64,000 nt of DNA from an uncultured Verrucomicrobiae bacterium (GTDB lineage Bacteria > Verrucomicrobiota > Verrucomicrobiia > Limisphaerales > UBA11358), in contig CAWDPX010000015.1 in the NCBI GenBank assembly GCA_963804345.1, positions 119,147 through 183,146 of the forward strand, read 5' to 3'. The notes below the pieces were generated by a model. The model was given only the letters and a program-made list of their open reading frames with translations. It had not been told where the DNA came from and did no database searches. Both the position numbers and the translations under genes were made by a program. Below, piece by piece: positions 19,568-28,799 of the stretch (positions within the stretch are counted from its first letter, which is position 1; each line of letters opens with the position of its first letter).

Positions 19568-20113
19568 TCAAGGGTGGTGTTTTAGCTTTTGAAACCGCTT
19601 TTTGATTTCATTCCACTCCACATTTACCCGCAGAGTCGCATTTAACAATCGCGGGAGCACGTCCAGAGCGGCTTTCAGTTCGTCGCTGTTTTCAAACTCG
19701 AACCGCATTTTCCTGCCGTCCCGCAGGGAGAAATTCCAGCGCCCCGCCTGTTTGCCGTGAAGCGCGAAAAAGGACGGCGGTTCAATCGCCGCCTCGTGAA
19801 TCTCGGGAATATAGATTTTGAAATTGTTTTTGTTTTCGCGGAGCAACTCTTCCGGGTCCACCTGCCCGGCGCGCTGGAGAAATTCCTCGGTTTTCTTTTT
19901 CGCCCGCCGTTTCATGGATTCCCGGATCAGATATCCGATGAGCCCGAAATGAATCGTGAGCGCCTGCGCGGTTGCGCTCAGACCCGCGATCTGGATGAAG
20001 TAGAGGTCGTTTCCCCGCGCATGAACACGATACACGCTGTCCGAGCGGGTGGAGACCCGTTTGGCGTTAAATGTCGCTGAGTTTTCCATAATTGTCCTGA
20101 GTTGACGCGTCAC
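19568..20113 (-). CDS. Hypothetical protein
   Basis: 181-aa ORF (possible start at ATG 20089). No motif recognised. Confidence 0.45.
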   Translation of the reverse strand: MTRQLRTIMENSATFNAKRVSTRSDSVYRVHARGNDLYFIQIAGLSATAQALTIHFGLIGYLIRESMKRRAKKKTEEFLQRAGQVDPEELLRENKNNFKIYIPEIHEAAIEPPSFFALHGKQAGRWNFSLRDGRKMRFEFENSDELKAALDVLPRLLNATLRVNVEWNEIKKRFQKLKHHP

Positions 20114-20217
20114 GGGATTCTACGGTCAATGGATTTGCAACGCCAAGCCGAAAGGCACGACCACGGTAGTTTCTCCCGCCTCGACAAACCGCGGGGCGTG
20201 GGTAGATTTTAGTCAGA

Positions 20218-21300
20218 ATGAAGGGCGAGGTGGTCTATCTTTACGCGTTCGACGTGGCGAATGAAATCATCACGCCGCGGGTGCAGGAAATCCTGTCGGA
20301 AAAGCCGTTTCCATTTGAAATCCGGATGGACCGCACGCTGCCCAAGGACATGCCGCTCTACAAACCGCTCGCCATCGAGCCGTCGCCGCTGTCCGCCCCG
20401 TTGCACGGCGCGACCGTCCGCCGGCTGATTCGCATCTACGATGTCGGCGTGGTCACGGTGATGCTCCGCGTGGCGTTTGAAGCGGGCGCACTCGCCGACC
20501 TGATGCCGTTCCACAATCCGAAGCTGGAGAACGGGCTGACGCTGGACACGGTGGCCATGAAGCTTTGCGCGGAGGTTTGCGATGGTCTGAGGGAATTGAT
20601 GGTGGGGCGCACAGAGTTTCCGCCGCCGCCGGAAGCCTACACGGTGTTTTGCCTGACCGACCTGGCCGGGGCGGACGACGTGAACCGCTGGCTGGGCGAC
20701 CAGCGGCGCGAGGTGGCGGGCCTGCTCACGGAGACGCCGGCGAACCAGTTAAGCGAGACGCAGGTGGGCGAGGTGCTGCGCATCCAGCGCTCGTTCGAGA
20801 ACACGGACCTGGCGGTGATTGACTGGGACGCGGCGCTGGTGGCGGACCTGACGGGTTACGTGGACGACGTGTTGTACGCGCTGGAACTGGCGAACCTGCA
20901 ACTGGAGGAATTCCGGGTGATGGACCGCCGGCTCGACACGTATCTCGACCGCGCCTACGACGATCTGGAACGCCGGCGGCTGCCGTTGTTTGGCGGGGCT
21001 TTCAAGACCCTGCGCCATTTGCGTCGTTTCCGCGTGGACATGGCGAAGCTCACCGACGAGGTCACGCACATCACCAAATTTTTCGGCGACTGGTATCTCG
21101 CCCGCGTCTATCTCGGCGCGCGCGACCGTTTCTACCTCGACCAGTGGCGTGCCAGCGTGGAGCAACGCCTGGCCCAACTGGACAAACTTTACAGCGTCTT
21201 TCACACCGAGTTGAACGAGCAGAGGATGTTGTGGCTGGAAGCCATCATCGTGATTTTTTTCGCCATCGATTTGCTGATTCTGTTGTTCGTCAGGCGATGA
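20218..21300 (+). CDS. DUF155/RMD1-like protein with a C-terminal TM helix
   Basis: 360-aa ORF. The overall pattern and the terminal helix WLEAIIVIFFAIDLLILLF resemble the RMD1/YagE family. Assignment from memory only. Confidence 0.4.
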   Translation: MKGEVVYLYAFDVANEIITPRVQEILSEKPFPFEIRMDRTLPKDMPLYKPLAIEPSPLSAPLHGATVRRLIRIYDVGVVTVMLRVAFEAGALADLMPFHNPKLENGLTLDTVAMKLCAEVCDGLRELMVGRTEFPPPPEAYTVFCLTDLAGADDVNRWLGDQRREVAGLLTETPANQLSETQVGEVLRIQRSFENTDLAVIDWDAALVADLTGYVDDVLYALELANLQLEEFRVMDRRLDTYLDRAYDDLERRRLPLFGGAFKTLRHLRRFRVDMAKLTDEVTHITKFFGDWYLARVYLGARDRFYLDQWRASVEQRLAQLDKLYSVFHTELNEQRMLWLEAIIVIFFAIDLLILLFVRR

Positions 21301-21362
21301 CACGGCTGCGGCGCTTTGACTTGGCCAGGCGCGTTCATTCGTGGTTTAATTCCCGCGTTGCG

Positions 21363-22952
21363 ATGCGTCCGCTGATCCAGGAAATTACGACCGCCCACAC
21401 GCCGGAATCACTGGCTGAATGCTTGCGTAGCGAGTTGGGTGTTGTTTTGTTGCGCACATCATCATTCGATTCGCCGCAAGCGCGGCATTCGTTCGTTGCC
21501 GCGCGACCATTTCTCACGTTCCGCTCCTTCGGCTCGCGCTGCGAAATTTCCAGAACCCAAACCCCGGACGCCAGACCCCATCTTCAATTCGGCAACCCGT
21601 GGCAGATTCTGGACGCGCTGCTGGCGCGCTTCGAGTTGCTGGATGAAATTGACCTGCCGTTTCCACTGGGCGGCTGCTTCGGTTACTGGGGTTATGACCT
21701 GAAGAATTTCACCGAGCCGAAACTTCCGCGCCGCGCCTTCAACGATCTCGAATTGCCCGATTGCCACGTTGGCTTTTACGACAGCCTCGTCGTGTTCGAC
21801 CATCACCTCGGTAAAACCTTTGTCATCTCGACCGGGCTCGCTGCCGACGGTTCGCGCAGTGAAAAGCGGGCTGGGGAGCAGATGGAGTTTTGGCGAAGGC
21901 ATTTGGGAAAAACCCCCGCCCCGGCCCTCTCCCTTTCGGAAAGGGCAAGGGAGAATTTTTCGTCAGCCGGAGAAAGCGCCTGTGATCTACAAGGATGTTC
22001 CAACTTGCGAAAGCTTCTCCCTCTCCCGGGGGAGAGGGTCGGGGCGAGGGCGGGCGTTGTTTCAAACTTCTCCCGCGCCGATTTTCTTTCCGCCGTCGAA
22101 CGCGCGCAGCGATACATCCGCGCCGGGGACATTTATCAGGTGAACCTGTCGCAGCGGCTGACGGCTCCCTGCCCATTGTCCGGCTTGCCGCGGCGAAGCG
22201 TTTTGGCGAAGCCGGGCTGGGAAATGTTTCAACGCCTGAGCGCGGTTTCTCCCGCGCCGTTCTCCGCGTTCCTCGATTGTGGCGATTTTCAGATTATGTC
22301 GTCATCGCCGGAACTTTTTCTGCGCTTGAGCGGTTCGCACGTCCAGACGCGGCCCATCAAGGGCACGCGCCCGCGCGCCGCCGACCCGACGCGCGACGCG
22401 CAACTCGCCTATGAACTACAGACGAGCACGAAAGAACTGGCCGAACTGGTGATGATTACCGACCTGCTGCGCAACGATGTGGGCAAGGTGTGCGAGTTCG
22501 GTTCGGTGCAGACACCGGAGCTGGCGCGGCTCGAACGTTTCGCGCAGGTGCAGCATCTGGTTTCGACGGTGGAAGGCCGGTTGCGCGCGGGGGTGACGCA
22601 TCTGGCGGCACTGGCGGCATGTTTTCCCGGCGGCAGCATCACCGGCGCGCCGAAATTTCGCGCGATGGAAATCATTGATGAACTGGAGCCGCTGGCCCGC
22701 GGGCCGTATTGCGGCTGCCACGGTTATCTGGGATTCAATCGTGAGAGCCAGTTGAGCATCACCATCCGCACGGCAATTTGCAAAGATGGCCGCGCGCATT
22801 TCAACGTCGGCGCCGGCATCGTGGCCGATTCCAATCCGGAGGCCGAATACGAGGAAACGCTGGCCAAGGCGGCGGGTTTTCTGGCGGCGTTGAATCAACC
22901 ACGGATGGACACGGATGGACACGGATTACCGGTGGTGAAATCATCCAGCTAA
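21363..22952 (+). CDS. pabB: Aminodeoxychorismate (or anthranilate) synthase component I, carrying an in-frame 47-codon repeat insertion
   Basis: Chorismate-binding motifs: GDIYQVNLSQR, FSAFLD, SSSPELFLR, RPIKGTRPR, ELVMITDLLRNDVG, CFPGGSITGAPKFRAMEIIDELE, RGPYCG, TIRT. ATG 21363 gives the normal N-terminus. Confidence 0.85.
   Translation: MRPLIQEITTAHTPESLAECLRSELGVVLLRTSSFDSPQARHSFVAARPFLTFRSFGSRCEISRTQTPDARPHLQFGNPWQILDALLARFELLDEIDLPFPLGGCFGYWGYDLKNFTEPKLPRRAFNDLELPDCHVGFYDSLVVFDHHLGKTFVISTGLAADGSRSEKRAGEQMEFWRRHLGKTPAPALSLSERARENFSSAGESACDLQGCSNLRKLLPLPGERVGARAGVVSNFSRADFLSAVERAQRYIRAGDIYQVNLSQRLTAPCPLSGLPRRSVLAKPGWEMFQRLSAVSPAPFSAFLDCGDFQIMSSSPELFLRLSGSHVQTRPIKGTRPRAADPTRDAQLAYELQTSTKELAELVMITDLLRNDVGKVCEFGSVQTPELARLERFAQVQHLVSTVEGRLRAGVTHLAALAACFPGGSITGAPKFRAMEIIDELEPLARGPYCGCHGYLGFNRESQLSITIRTAICKDGRAHFNVGAGIVADSNPEAEYEETLAKAAGFLAALNQPRMDTDGHGLPVVKSSS
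21915..22055. repeat. Palindromic repeat element (arms CCCGCCCCGGCCCTCTCCC.. / ..GGGAGAGGGTCGGGGCGAGGGCGGG) inserted in frame in pabB
   Basis: 141 nt (47 codons), translated as PAPALSLSERAREN..LLPLPGERVGARAG. Related copies lie at 46005-46062 and 52750-52910. Confidence 0.7.
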
Positions 22953-23154
22953 AAAAGGGAAACGCTCCAGCCTGTGTGGAAAGCGGCGCTGAAGCGACCG
23001 CAATCCAAACGCTGGCGCGACTTTCCAACGGCTCCTCACCGCGCGAAGCGTCTGGACTGCGGCGCGTTCACCGCCGCTTTGAAGGGCGCGAAGGTAATCT
23101 GGTTTTCTCCACCACCAGCGTTTCGATGGATTCGCGGCCGTTCGTTCCAGGCGA

Positions 23155-24372
23155 TTATTTCGCCACGGATTGATTTATTTTGGCGGCCAGGTCATTTGCT
23201 TCCGGTTCGCTAAAATTCCCGCTGATCTCGGCTTGGCCACCCCTAATCTCCGACCGGATAGTCGGGGCGGAATAAAGCCGGCCATCAATGATGATTGCCA
23301 GCCGCCTGCCGACATTTTGATGAGTCACTTTTGCGAATCGTTTCGCCCCGGCGTCAGTGAAGGTGATTTGAATCCGCGGTTTGCCTGCGGGTTGGTTCGT
23401 GATCACGCTGGCCGACTTCAAGTCAGTCTGGTCCAGCAGAACCTTCTTCTGGACATAAAGGGTCTCGGTCCCCTTTGCGTCCGCGCCCGGCTGAACGACG
23501 GTCATGGGCTCAGCCTTGGCGGATGGCGCGCTGAGAACCAGACGGAACTGGAAGACCGAAGGAGCCGGGCTGCCGCCACCGGCGGAGGTGTCGCTGGAAA
23601 GCGCGACGGTCATCGCGCCGCCGGCCAGCAACAACGTCGCAGAGACCCTGAGTGCGAATTTGAGTTTCATCCAGGTCATAACTTTGATTGTTCCTTTCAC
23701 CAGGGCCAGGGTTGAAGCTGCAACTGCCGGCCCCTTGATGACGGTTGCAGTAATGGTCGTTGCCAATCCAACGGGTGCGGCGTGGGCGGAGTTGGTAGAA
23801 ATGGCTCCGGCGATGACAGCCGTGGTCGAGGAAACGCCGTGTTTGGAAAAATAGCGGCGCAGTTTTTCCAGCGCGTGGGCAACCCGCTTCTTCGCCGCGT
23901 TTTCGCTGGCGCCGAACGCGGCGCCGATTTCCTGAAAACTTTTCCCTTCAAAAAACCGGAGCGCGATGGCGTTGCGATCCTTTTCGCCGAGCTGCCCCAT
24001 CGCGTCCTCCAGCAGCGGAGCCATTTGCGGCCAGAGTTCCGGTTCCATTTCGTTGGCCAGAGATTGCATGTAAGCCTCCTGTTCGCGGTGAACCCGCCGG
24101 ATTTCAGTTCTCAGGAAGTTGGCTGCGGTCAGCCGGGTGGTTTGATACAGCCAGCCGGATAGGATGGTTCTTTGGCTCAAACGACCGGCTTTTTTGGACA
24201 GGATGATAAAGACCGCCTGCGTGATTTCCCCGGCGGCATCGGCATTGCCGGTTTTCCGCAGCGCGGCGGAATACACCAGGTTCACGTGCCGCGCCACCAA
24301 TGCCGCAAACGCTTCGTCGGAGTTCCGGTCGGCGTATTGCCGCAACAATTCCATGTCCGCCAATTCCTGCAT
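23155..24372 (-). CDS. ECF sigma factor fused to a TM segment and a SecD-P1-head-like extracytoplasmic domain
   Basis: Sigma70 r2/r4: LLRQYADRNSDEAFAALVARHVNLVYSAALR.., ITQAVFIIL.., DRNAIALRFFEGKSFQEIG... TM anchor STLALVKGTIKVMTWMKLK... C-terminal ..GAKRFAKVTHQNVGRRLAIIIDGRLYSAPTIRSEIRGGQAEISGNF... Confidence 0.8.
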   Translation of the reverse strand: MQELADMELLRQYADRNSDEAFAALVARHVNLVYSAALRKTGNADAAGEITQAVFIILSKKAGRLSQRTILSGWLYQTTRLTAANFLRTEIRRVHREQEAYMQSLANEMEPELWPQMAPLLEDAMGQLGEKDRNAIALRFFEGKSFQEIGAAFGASENAAKKRVAHALEKLRRYFSKHGVSSTTAVIAGAISTNSAHAAPVGLATTITATVIKGPAVAASTLALVKGTIKVMTWMKLKFALRVSATLLLAGGAMTVALSSDTSAGGGSPAPSVFQFRLVLSAPSAKAEPMTVVQPGADAKGTETLYVQKKVLLDQTDLKSASVITNQPAGKPRIQITFTDAGAKRFAKVTHQNVGRRLAIIIDGRLYSAPTIRSEIRGGQAEISGNFSEPEANDLAAKINQSVAK

Positions 24373-24445
24373 CTACCCATAAATGTCCGCTGCCGCCAAA
24401 AAGTGCCAATCTATTTTAACCCAATATCGGCGCGGGCATCGGTCC

Positions 24446-25855
24446 TCAAGGTGCCGGGGGCGTGACGACTGTGAATACGATGTCTCCTCCTTTTCCATTC
24501 ATCGGCTTGCCCCCATCGTCTTTCAGGTCCCAGCCGATGCTATAAAGGACATAGCCGGCGTCTTGCTTCCGGTAACGCAATGGCTGGCCATCAAACGGGT
24601 CCGTGAGGACCGCGTTCAAATAGCTCGGCGTCAATTCGGGCAAACCGGCGGGATACCGGTTGTTGTGCGCCGCGCGAAACTGCTCCAGCGCCACGGCGGT
24701 CAATGCCAGACGGAGATTGGCGAGACATCTTGCTTCCCGGTTGACATGTTTATCGAGACCGTCCGACAACCACACGTTGAGCAGAAGCCCCCGATCCGTG
24801 GCTTCGGTGACGCGCTGGCCCATCAAGTCGGCAACAACCTTCAAACGCCCGGGAAAGGCTTCCTTGCGGGCGGACAGAAGTTGCTGGAAAGTTGTATCAA
24901 GGTAGTCTTGTTCTTCTTTCAAGCTGGCGGCCTGTTTCAGATGTTCAACCAGCCGGCGGCGCTGTTCGTCAGGCATGTCCGTTGTCTTCAATGTGCTTAA
25001 ATCCCGAACTAATTTGGCCGGGTTGTTCAACAATGCCAAATGCATTGCCAGTTCCCCGGCCATGGCGCGGCTGAAACCCTCGCCCCGCGCATCGTAATCC
25101 TCCATGCTTTGCAGGGCCTTCGTAAGCCCGTTTAAAGATTCTGGTGACAATGTGGTGCGATTTACAACCTGATTCAATGCGTCCACGGCCAGGGAAACAC
25201 CCGCCGAACGCACCAATTGAGAAATCAACACCGGCTCGGCTTTCAGTGAACGCGCCAGCGCCAGGGTCATCAGGACATCATCGGCAGCTTGTTTTTCATC
25301 ATTGTTCTCCGCATCCAAAATGGCCGACATTTCCGCCAGTTGCATGCCATGCTTGATTCCGATCAGATGAGGCAGCAGGGTGTCAGAACCTTTGGTAAGG
25401 TCTATGGGATACCGGCTTTGCTCGTATTGTGTCCCTTGGGCGAAGAATTGCAGTGCCTCGCGGTTGTGCTGCATGAAGGCGGCCAGGGCGGATTTCATGG
25501 GCGCCGGCAGGGGTGTGCCGGGCAGCGGAGCCGGCAACTTTCCCAAGACCGGCAGATTGGCCATCTGGTCGGCACCCTTGATTTGCATCGCCTTGATGCC
25601 TCGCAAATTGAAGGTGGCGGCATTTTGTCCGGCGGGCAGTTCAATGTACCAAGCGTCGAGTTCCGCGAGCGTTTGGGGAAGAACGTCCGGAGGCAACCGG
25701 TTTGCTTTCGCTGAATGACCCCCCTTGATCAAAACGACGCTCGTGCCGGCTATAAGGATTAATGCCACGCCGACAACGACGGCGGTTTTTGCTTTGGTCC
25801 AGGCCACAATTTTCAATGCTCCTTGGATGAGGGTTGAGGTTGAACTTTCACACAC
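24446..25855 (-). CDS. Membrane-anchored hypothetical protein whose N-terminus equals the post-sigma anchor module of the ECF fusions (no sigma domain)
   Basis: It starts MCESSTSTLIQGALKIVAWTKAKTAVVVG, compared with ..GSTLTLIKGALKIMAWTKAKTAIVSG in the 27033..28517 protein. The C-terminal ..DPFDGQPLRYRKQDAGYVLYSIGWDLKDDGG resembles pseudopilin-type tails. Confidence 0.6.
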   Translation of the reverse strand: MCESSTSTLIQGALKIVAWTKAKTAVVVGVALILIAGTSVVLIKGGHSAKANRLPPDVLPQTLAELDAWYIELPAGQNAATFNLRGIKAMQIKGADQMANLPVLGKLPAPLPGTPLPAPMKSALAAFMQHNREALQFFAQGTQYEQSRYPIDLTKGSDTLLPHLIGIKHGMQLAEMSAILDAENNDEKQAADDVLMTLALARSLKAEPVLISQLVRSAGVSLAVDALNQVVNRTTLSPESLNGLTKALQSMEDYDARGEGFSRAMAGELAMHLALLNNPAKLVRDLSTLKTTDMPDEQRRRLVEHLKQAASLKEEQDYLDTTFQQLLSARKEAFPGRLKVVADLMGQRVTEATDRGLLLNVWLSDGLDKHVNREARCLANLRLALTAVALEQFRAAHNNRYPAGLPELTPSYLNAVLTDPFDGQPLRYRKQDAGYVLYSIGWDLKDDGGKPMNGKGGDIVFTVVTPPAP

Positions 25856-26140
25856 CCTTCAGACAACCCTGCAAACAAATCGTCACGCCCGATGCTGATT
25901 TACCTTTTCAACAAACCGGCAACGCGATGCTGATCTTGGAAAAGCGGCGGAGGGCCGCCGCAGTCCAAGACGCGAAGCGTTTGTTTGGGACTTACGAATT
26001 GCGCAAAGCGTTTGGAGTGCGCCGGCTTTAGCGGCGCTGTCGGGCGGGCGGAGAGGCTGGAAAGATGGATGTCCCCCATGCGGACAAAAAGCAGCGCTGA
26101 AGTCGCCGCAGTCCAGACGCTTCGCGAGTTCCGGTGACGA

Positions 26141-26893
26141 TCAAATTTCGCGAAGCGTCGTGGAGTGCGCCAGCCCTTCCGCCTTCGCGGCGCGCCGGCG
26201 CCAAAGTTGAATCAGCAGCACAGTCAAAACGCCAACGGCCAATAGAACCGCCGCTCCAACACCCATTTTGAAAAGCAGGGAACGCGGCGCGGTTGTAACG
26301 GAAAAAACATCGAAGCGTGCGGTGCCCGAAACCCAAGGCTCAAAAATATTGGCATCAATCCAGATATCGGCCGTCCGGGCTTTTGGCGGGGCGAGGATGC
26401 CTTTCATCGTAATCGTCCGGTATTCGGTCATGGCCGAATCGCCCGTGCGGGCGCCGACCGGGACGACCCGTTCGCTGATGAAGTTGGTGCCGGTTGAATC
26501 GAAAAAACGCAACTGGACTTGTATATTGTTCCCGGCAGCCACCCGGTCCGAGAGCTTGTAGGCGAATGAAAAGGTGATGGGCCTCGCTCCGCCGGCGGCG
26601 GGTCCAAGAGAAAAGTTCGGACAACGCCAGTCCGCGTTGTTTTCCTTGCCGGCCACCGTGTTGCTGATCACGAAAGCACAGCCACCGTTGGTGGCCGGGT
26701 CATTAAAATCAACCGATACAGAGCCTCCCCCATTCGCTCCCGTATACCAGTTCGCGCCGGCGCTGGACGCACCGGAATCGGGTGGTCCGAGGGAAATCTG
26801 TTCTTTCCCTGAAGCGGTTATTGTTGTGATCGCAAAGGTTGCGACCAGGAGGGCAATGATGTGCCGATGCATAAATTTGATGTTTTTATTCAT
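26141..26893 (-). CDS. Secreted hypothetical protein (CBM-like beta-sandwich guess) with a C-terminal TM anchor
   Basis: Signal peptide HIIALLVATFAITTITASG. C-terminal helix VGAAVLLAVGVLTVLLIQLW followed by RRRAAK. Confidence 0.45.
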   Translation of the reverse strand: MNKNIKFMHRHIIALLVATFAITTITASGKEQISLGPPDSGASSAGANWYTGANGGGSVSVDFNDPATNGGCAFVISNTVAGKENNADWRCPNFSLGPAAGGARPITFSFAYKLSDRVAAGNNIQVQLRFFDSTGTNFISERVVPVGARTGDSAMTEYRTITMKGILAPPKARTADIWIDANIFEPWVSGTARFDVFSVTTAPRSLLFKMGVGAAVLLAVGVLTVLLIQLWRRRAAKAEGLAHSTTLREI

Positions 26894-27032
26894 TTTAGAT
26901 CACTCCGATCAAAGCCAGCCGGATTGGTTGACCAACATCGGTCCAATCGCGACCAGCAACGCAATCAAAGTAAACGTCAAAAACTTCTGGCTTCACAATT
27001 CTTATGACATCGCCCTGACAGGTTTGTCCCGT

Positions 27033-28517
27033 TTATTTTGCCTTCTCCACCACCAGCATTTTGATGGGCATATTGGTGGGAACCAGTTCCAGGCCGAGTG
27101 GATCGAGCGCCCGGTTTACCTTGTCCCAATTCCGATTTTCCAAGTCGGCTTGACTGCAATTCAAATCAAAATCGTAAAGGTTGGTGAGGCCGGTCCCGTC
27201 AATAACGGGGACATTTGCCTCGTTCTCGAAACCGGCGATCAGGCCGATTATTGGTTCATTAAATCCCCGGTACAACTCACTTGAAACGAGCTCAAAGCCG
27301 CTACCCTGTTTGGGCCAGGCACCTTTAGTATTGAGTTTCAAGGCCGGGGCATTTGTAAATTTTACCTTGAGAAGCAAAACGTCCGCCGCGCGGATTTCGG
27401 TTTTGCCGACGACACCGAATTTTCGCCTTACTTCCTCCTGCAACGCTTTTTCATTTGCAGTTTGTCCGCCCGGCAAAGTGGCGATGTAATCATACTTGCG
27501 TGCCGGCAGTTCGGCATGGGAAATGACTCTGGCCGAAGAAAAAGAGCCGCTATAAGCGGCAGCAATGACTTCTTCTGCGCCAAGTCCCGTTCCGACCATT
27601 TTACCGCCAATGCCCTCGGCATGTTTGTGAAATTTGCTGGGCAGAATCCGAACCTGCGGCGGCTGTTCAAGCTGAAATCCGTGAATCTCACCTTCATTAG
27701 TTTGCCACGGATAAGTCCGGTGCTCCTGAATTTCTTTGACCGTGACGGTGGTTGTTCCGGCGGCAAGCAATACAAACACGCCGCTGACGATGGCCGTTTT
27801 CGCTTTGGTCCATGCCATAATTTTCAAGGCTCCTTTGATGAGGGTTAAGGTTGAACCGCTCGCCGCCGCTCCCTTTGCCATCGCGGCAACGGTAATGGAT
27901 TTTGCCAGCATCGCCGGCGCGATCTGGACGGAATTGGCGGAAATGGCTCCGGCAAGGACGTCCGTCGTCGAGGAGACGCCGTGTTTGGAAAAATAGCGGT
28001 GCAGTTTTTCCAGCGCGCGGCTGACCCGCTTGCGCGCGGTGTCTTCGCCCGTGCCCAAAGAATTGCCGACTTCCGCCAGGCTTTTGTTTTCAAAGAAGCG
28101 CAGCAGCACGGCTTGCCGGTCGGTTTCGCCGAGCGTTGCCAGCGCCTCGTCGAGCAGCGGCGACATTTGTTCCCAGAACAAATCGGGCGCGGTGGGTTGA
28201 AGTTCAGATTGCATGTTGGCCTCCTGTTCGCGCCGGCGGCGTTTGGCGTCGGCGCGCATTTGCGCCAGGGCGGCAAAGCGCGTGGTGCGGAAGAGCCAGC
28301 CGGCCAGGATGGTTTTGTTGGAAATCCGTCCGGCTTTTTGCGCGAGGATGATAAACACCGCCTGCGTGACTTCCTCAGCCAGATGCGGGTCGCGCACCTG
28401 CCGCAGCGCCATTGAATAGACAAAGCCGACGCGGCGCGAAACCAGCATCTCAAAGGCCGTTTCGGAATTGCCGGTGGCGTATTCCCGCAACAGCGCCATG
28501 TCGTCCATTGCCTGCAT
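27033..28517 (-). CDS. ECF sigma factor fused to a TM segment and a TIGR03435-like C-terminal domain
   Basis: Sigma r2/r4 as in the paralogues. Anchor GSTLTLIKGALKIMAWTKAKTAIV. C-terminal ..VPVIDGTGLTNLYDFDLNC..ALDPLGLELVPTNMPIKMLVVEKAK. Confidence 0.8.
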   Translation of the reverse strand: MQAMDDMALLREYATGNSETAFEMLVSRRVGFVYSMALRQVRDPHLAEEVTQAVFIILAQKAGRISNKTILAGWLFRTTRFAALAQMRADAKRRRREQEANMQSELQPTAPDLFWEQMSPLLDEALATLGETDRQAVLLRFFENKSLAEVGNSLGTGEDTARKRVSRALEKLHRYFSKHGVSSTTDVLAGAISANSVQIAPAMLAKSITVAAMAKGAAASGSTLTLIKGALKIMAWTKAKTAIVSGVFVLLAAGTTTVTVKEIQEHRTYPWQTNEGEIHGFQLEQPPQVRILPSKFHKHAEGIGGKMVGTGLGAEEVIAAAYSGSFSSARVISHAELPARKYDYIATLPGGQTANEKALQEEVRRKFGVVGKTEIRAADVLLLKVKFTNAPALKLNTKGAWPKQGSGFELVSSELYRGFNEPIIGLIAGFENEANVPVIDGTGLTNLYDFDLNCSQADLENRNWDKVNRALDPLGLELVPTNMPIKMLVVEKAK

Positions 28518-28576
28518 TCACCTATAAATGCCTGTTCCGGCCAAAACCGGACAATCTTTTTTTCGTTGCCGCAAGT

Positions 28577-28778
28577 GTTGGAGTTCAGGCTTCAGCCTGT
28601 TCGGGCGAATCCGCGCATTGCTCCCGGAGCGCCGAGCACCGCCTCGGCAAGATTTGCTGGAAATCGCCTGTTCGTGCCGAGCCGGTGCTCGGCGCTCCGC
28701 TTTCCGTGGTGCGGCATGGGGGCAGTGTCAAGTTGCGCCCGCCTGTTCCACCTGACAAGCTAAAGCTTGAACTCCAAC
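28577..28778. repeat. Composite palindromic element (outer arms GTTGGAGTTCAGGCTTCAGCCTGT / ACAAGCTAAAGCTTGAACTCCAAC; inner arms GGAGCGCCGAGCACCG.. / ..CGGTGCTCGGCGCTCC)
   Basis: Outer arms are complementary at 21/24. The element ends 22 nt upstream of the pabC ATG. Confidence 0.6.
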
Positions 28779-28799
28779 TTTATTACGTTAAAAACCTGC

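Noticed and set aside
22900-22952. The C-terminal extension of PabB (..NQPRMDTDGHGLPVVKSSS).
   Set aside because: The conserved PabB sequence ends near ..AKAAGFLAAL. The remainder is read-through into a CACGGATGGACACGGAT simple repeat before the first stop.
25834-26336. ORFs 25834..26031 and 26028..26336 between the ECF-block genes.
   Set aside because: They lie entirely in copies of a dispersed repeat (..GCCGCAGTCCARGACGC..GAGTGCGCC..), and similar sequence occurs at 22975-23110 and 54790-54870. This is not coding.
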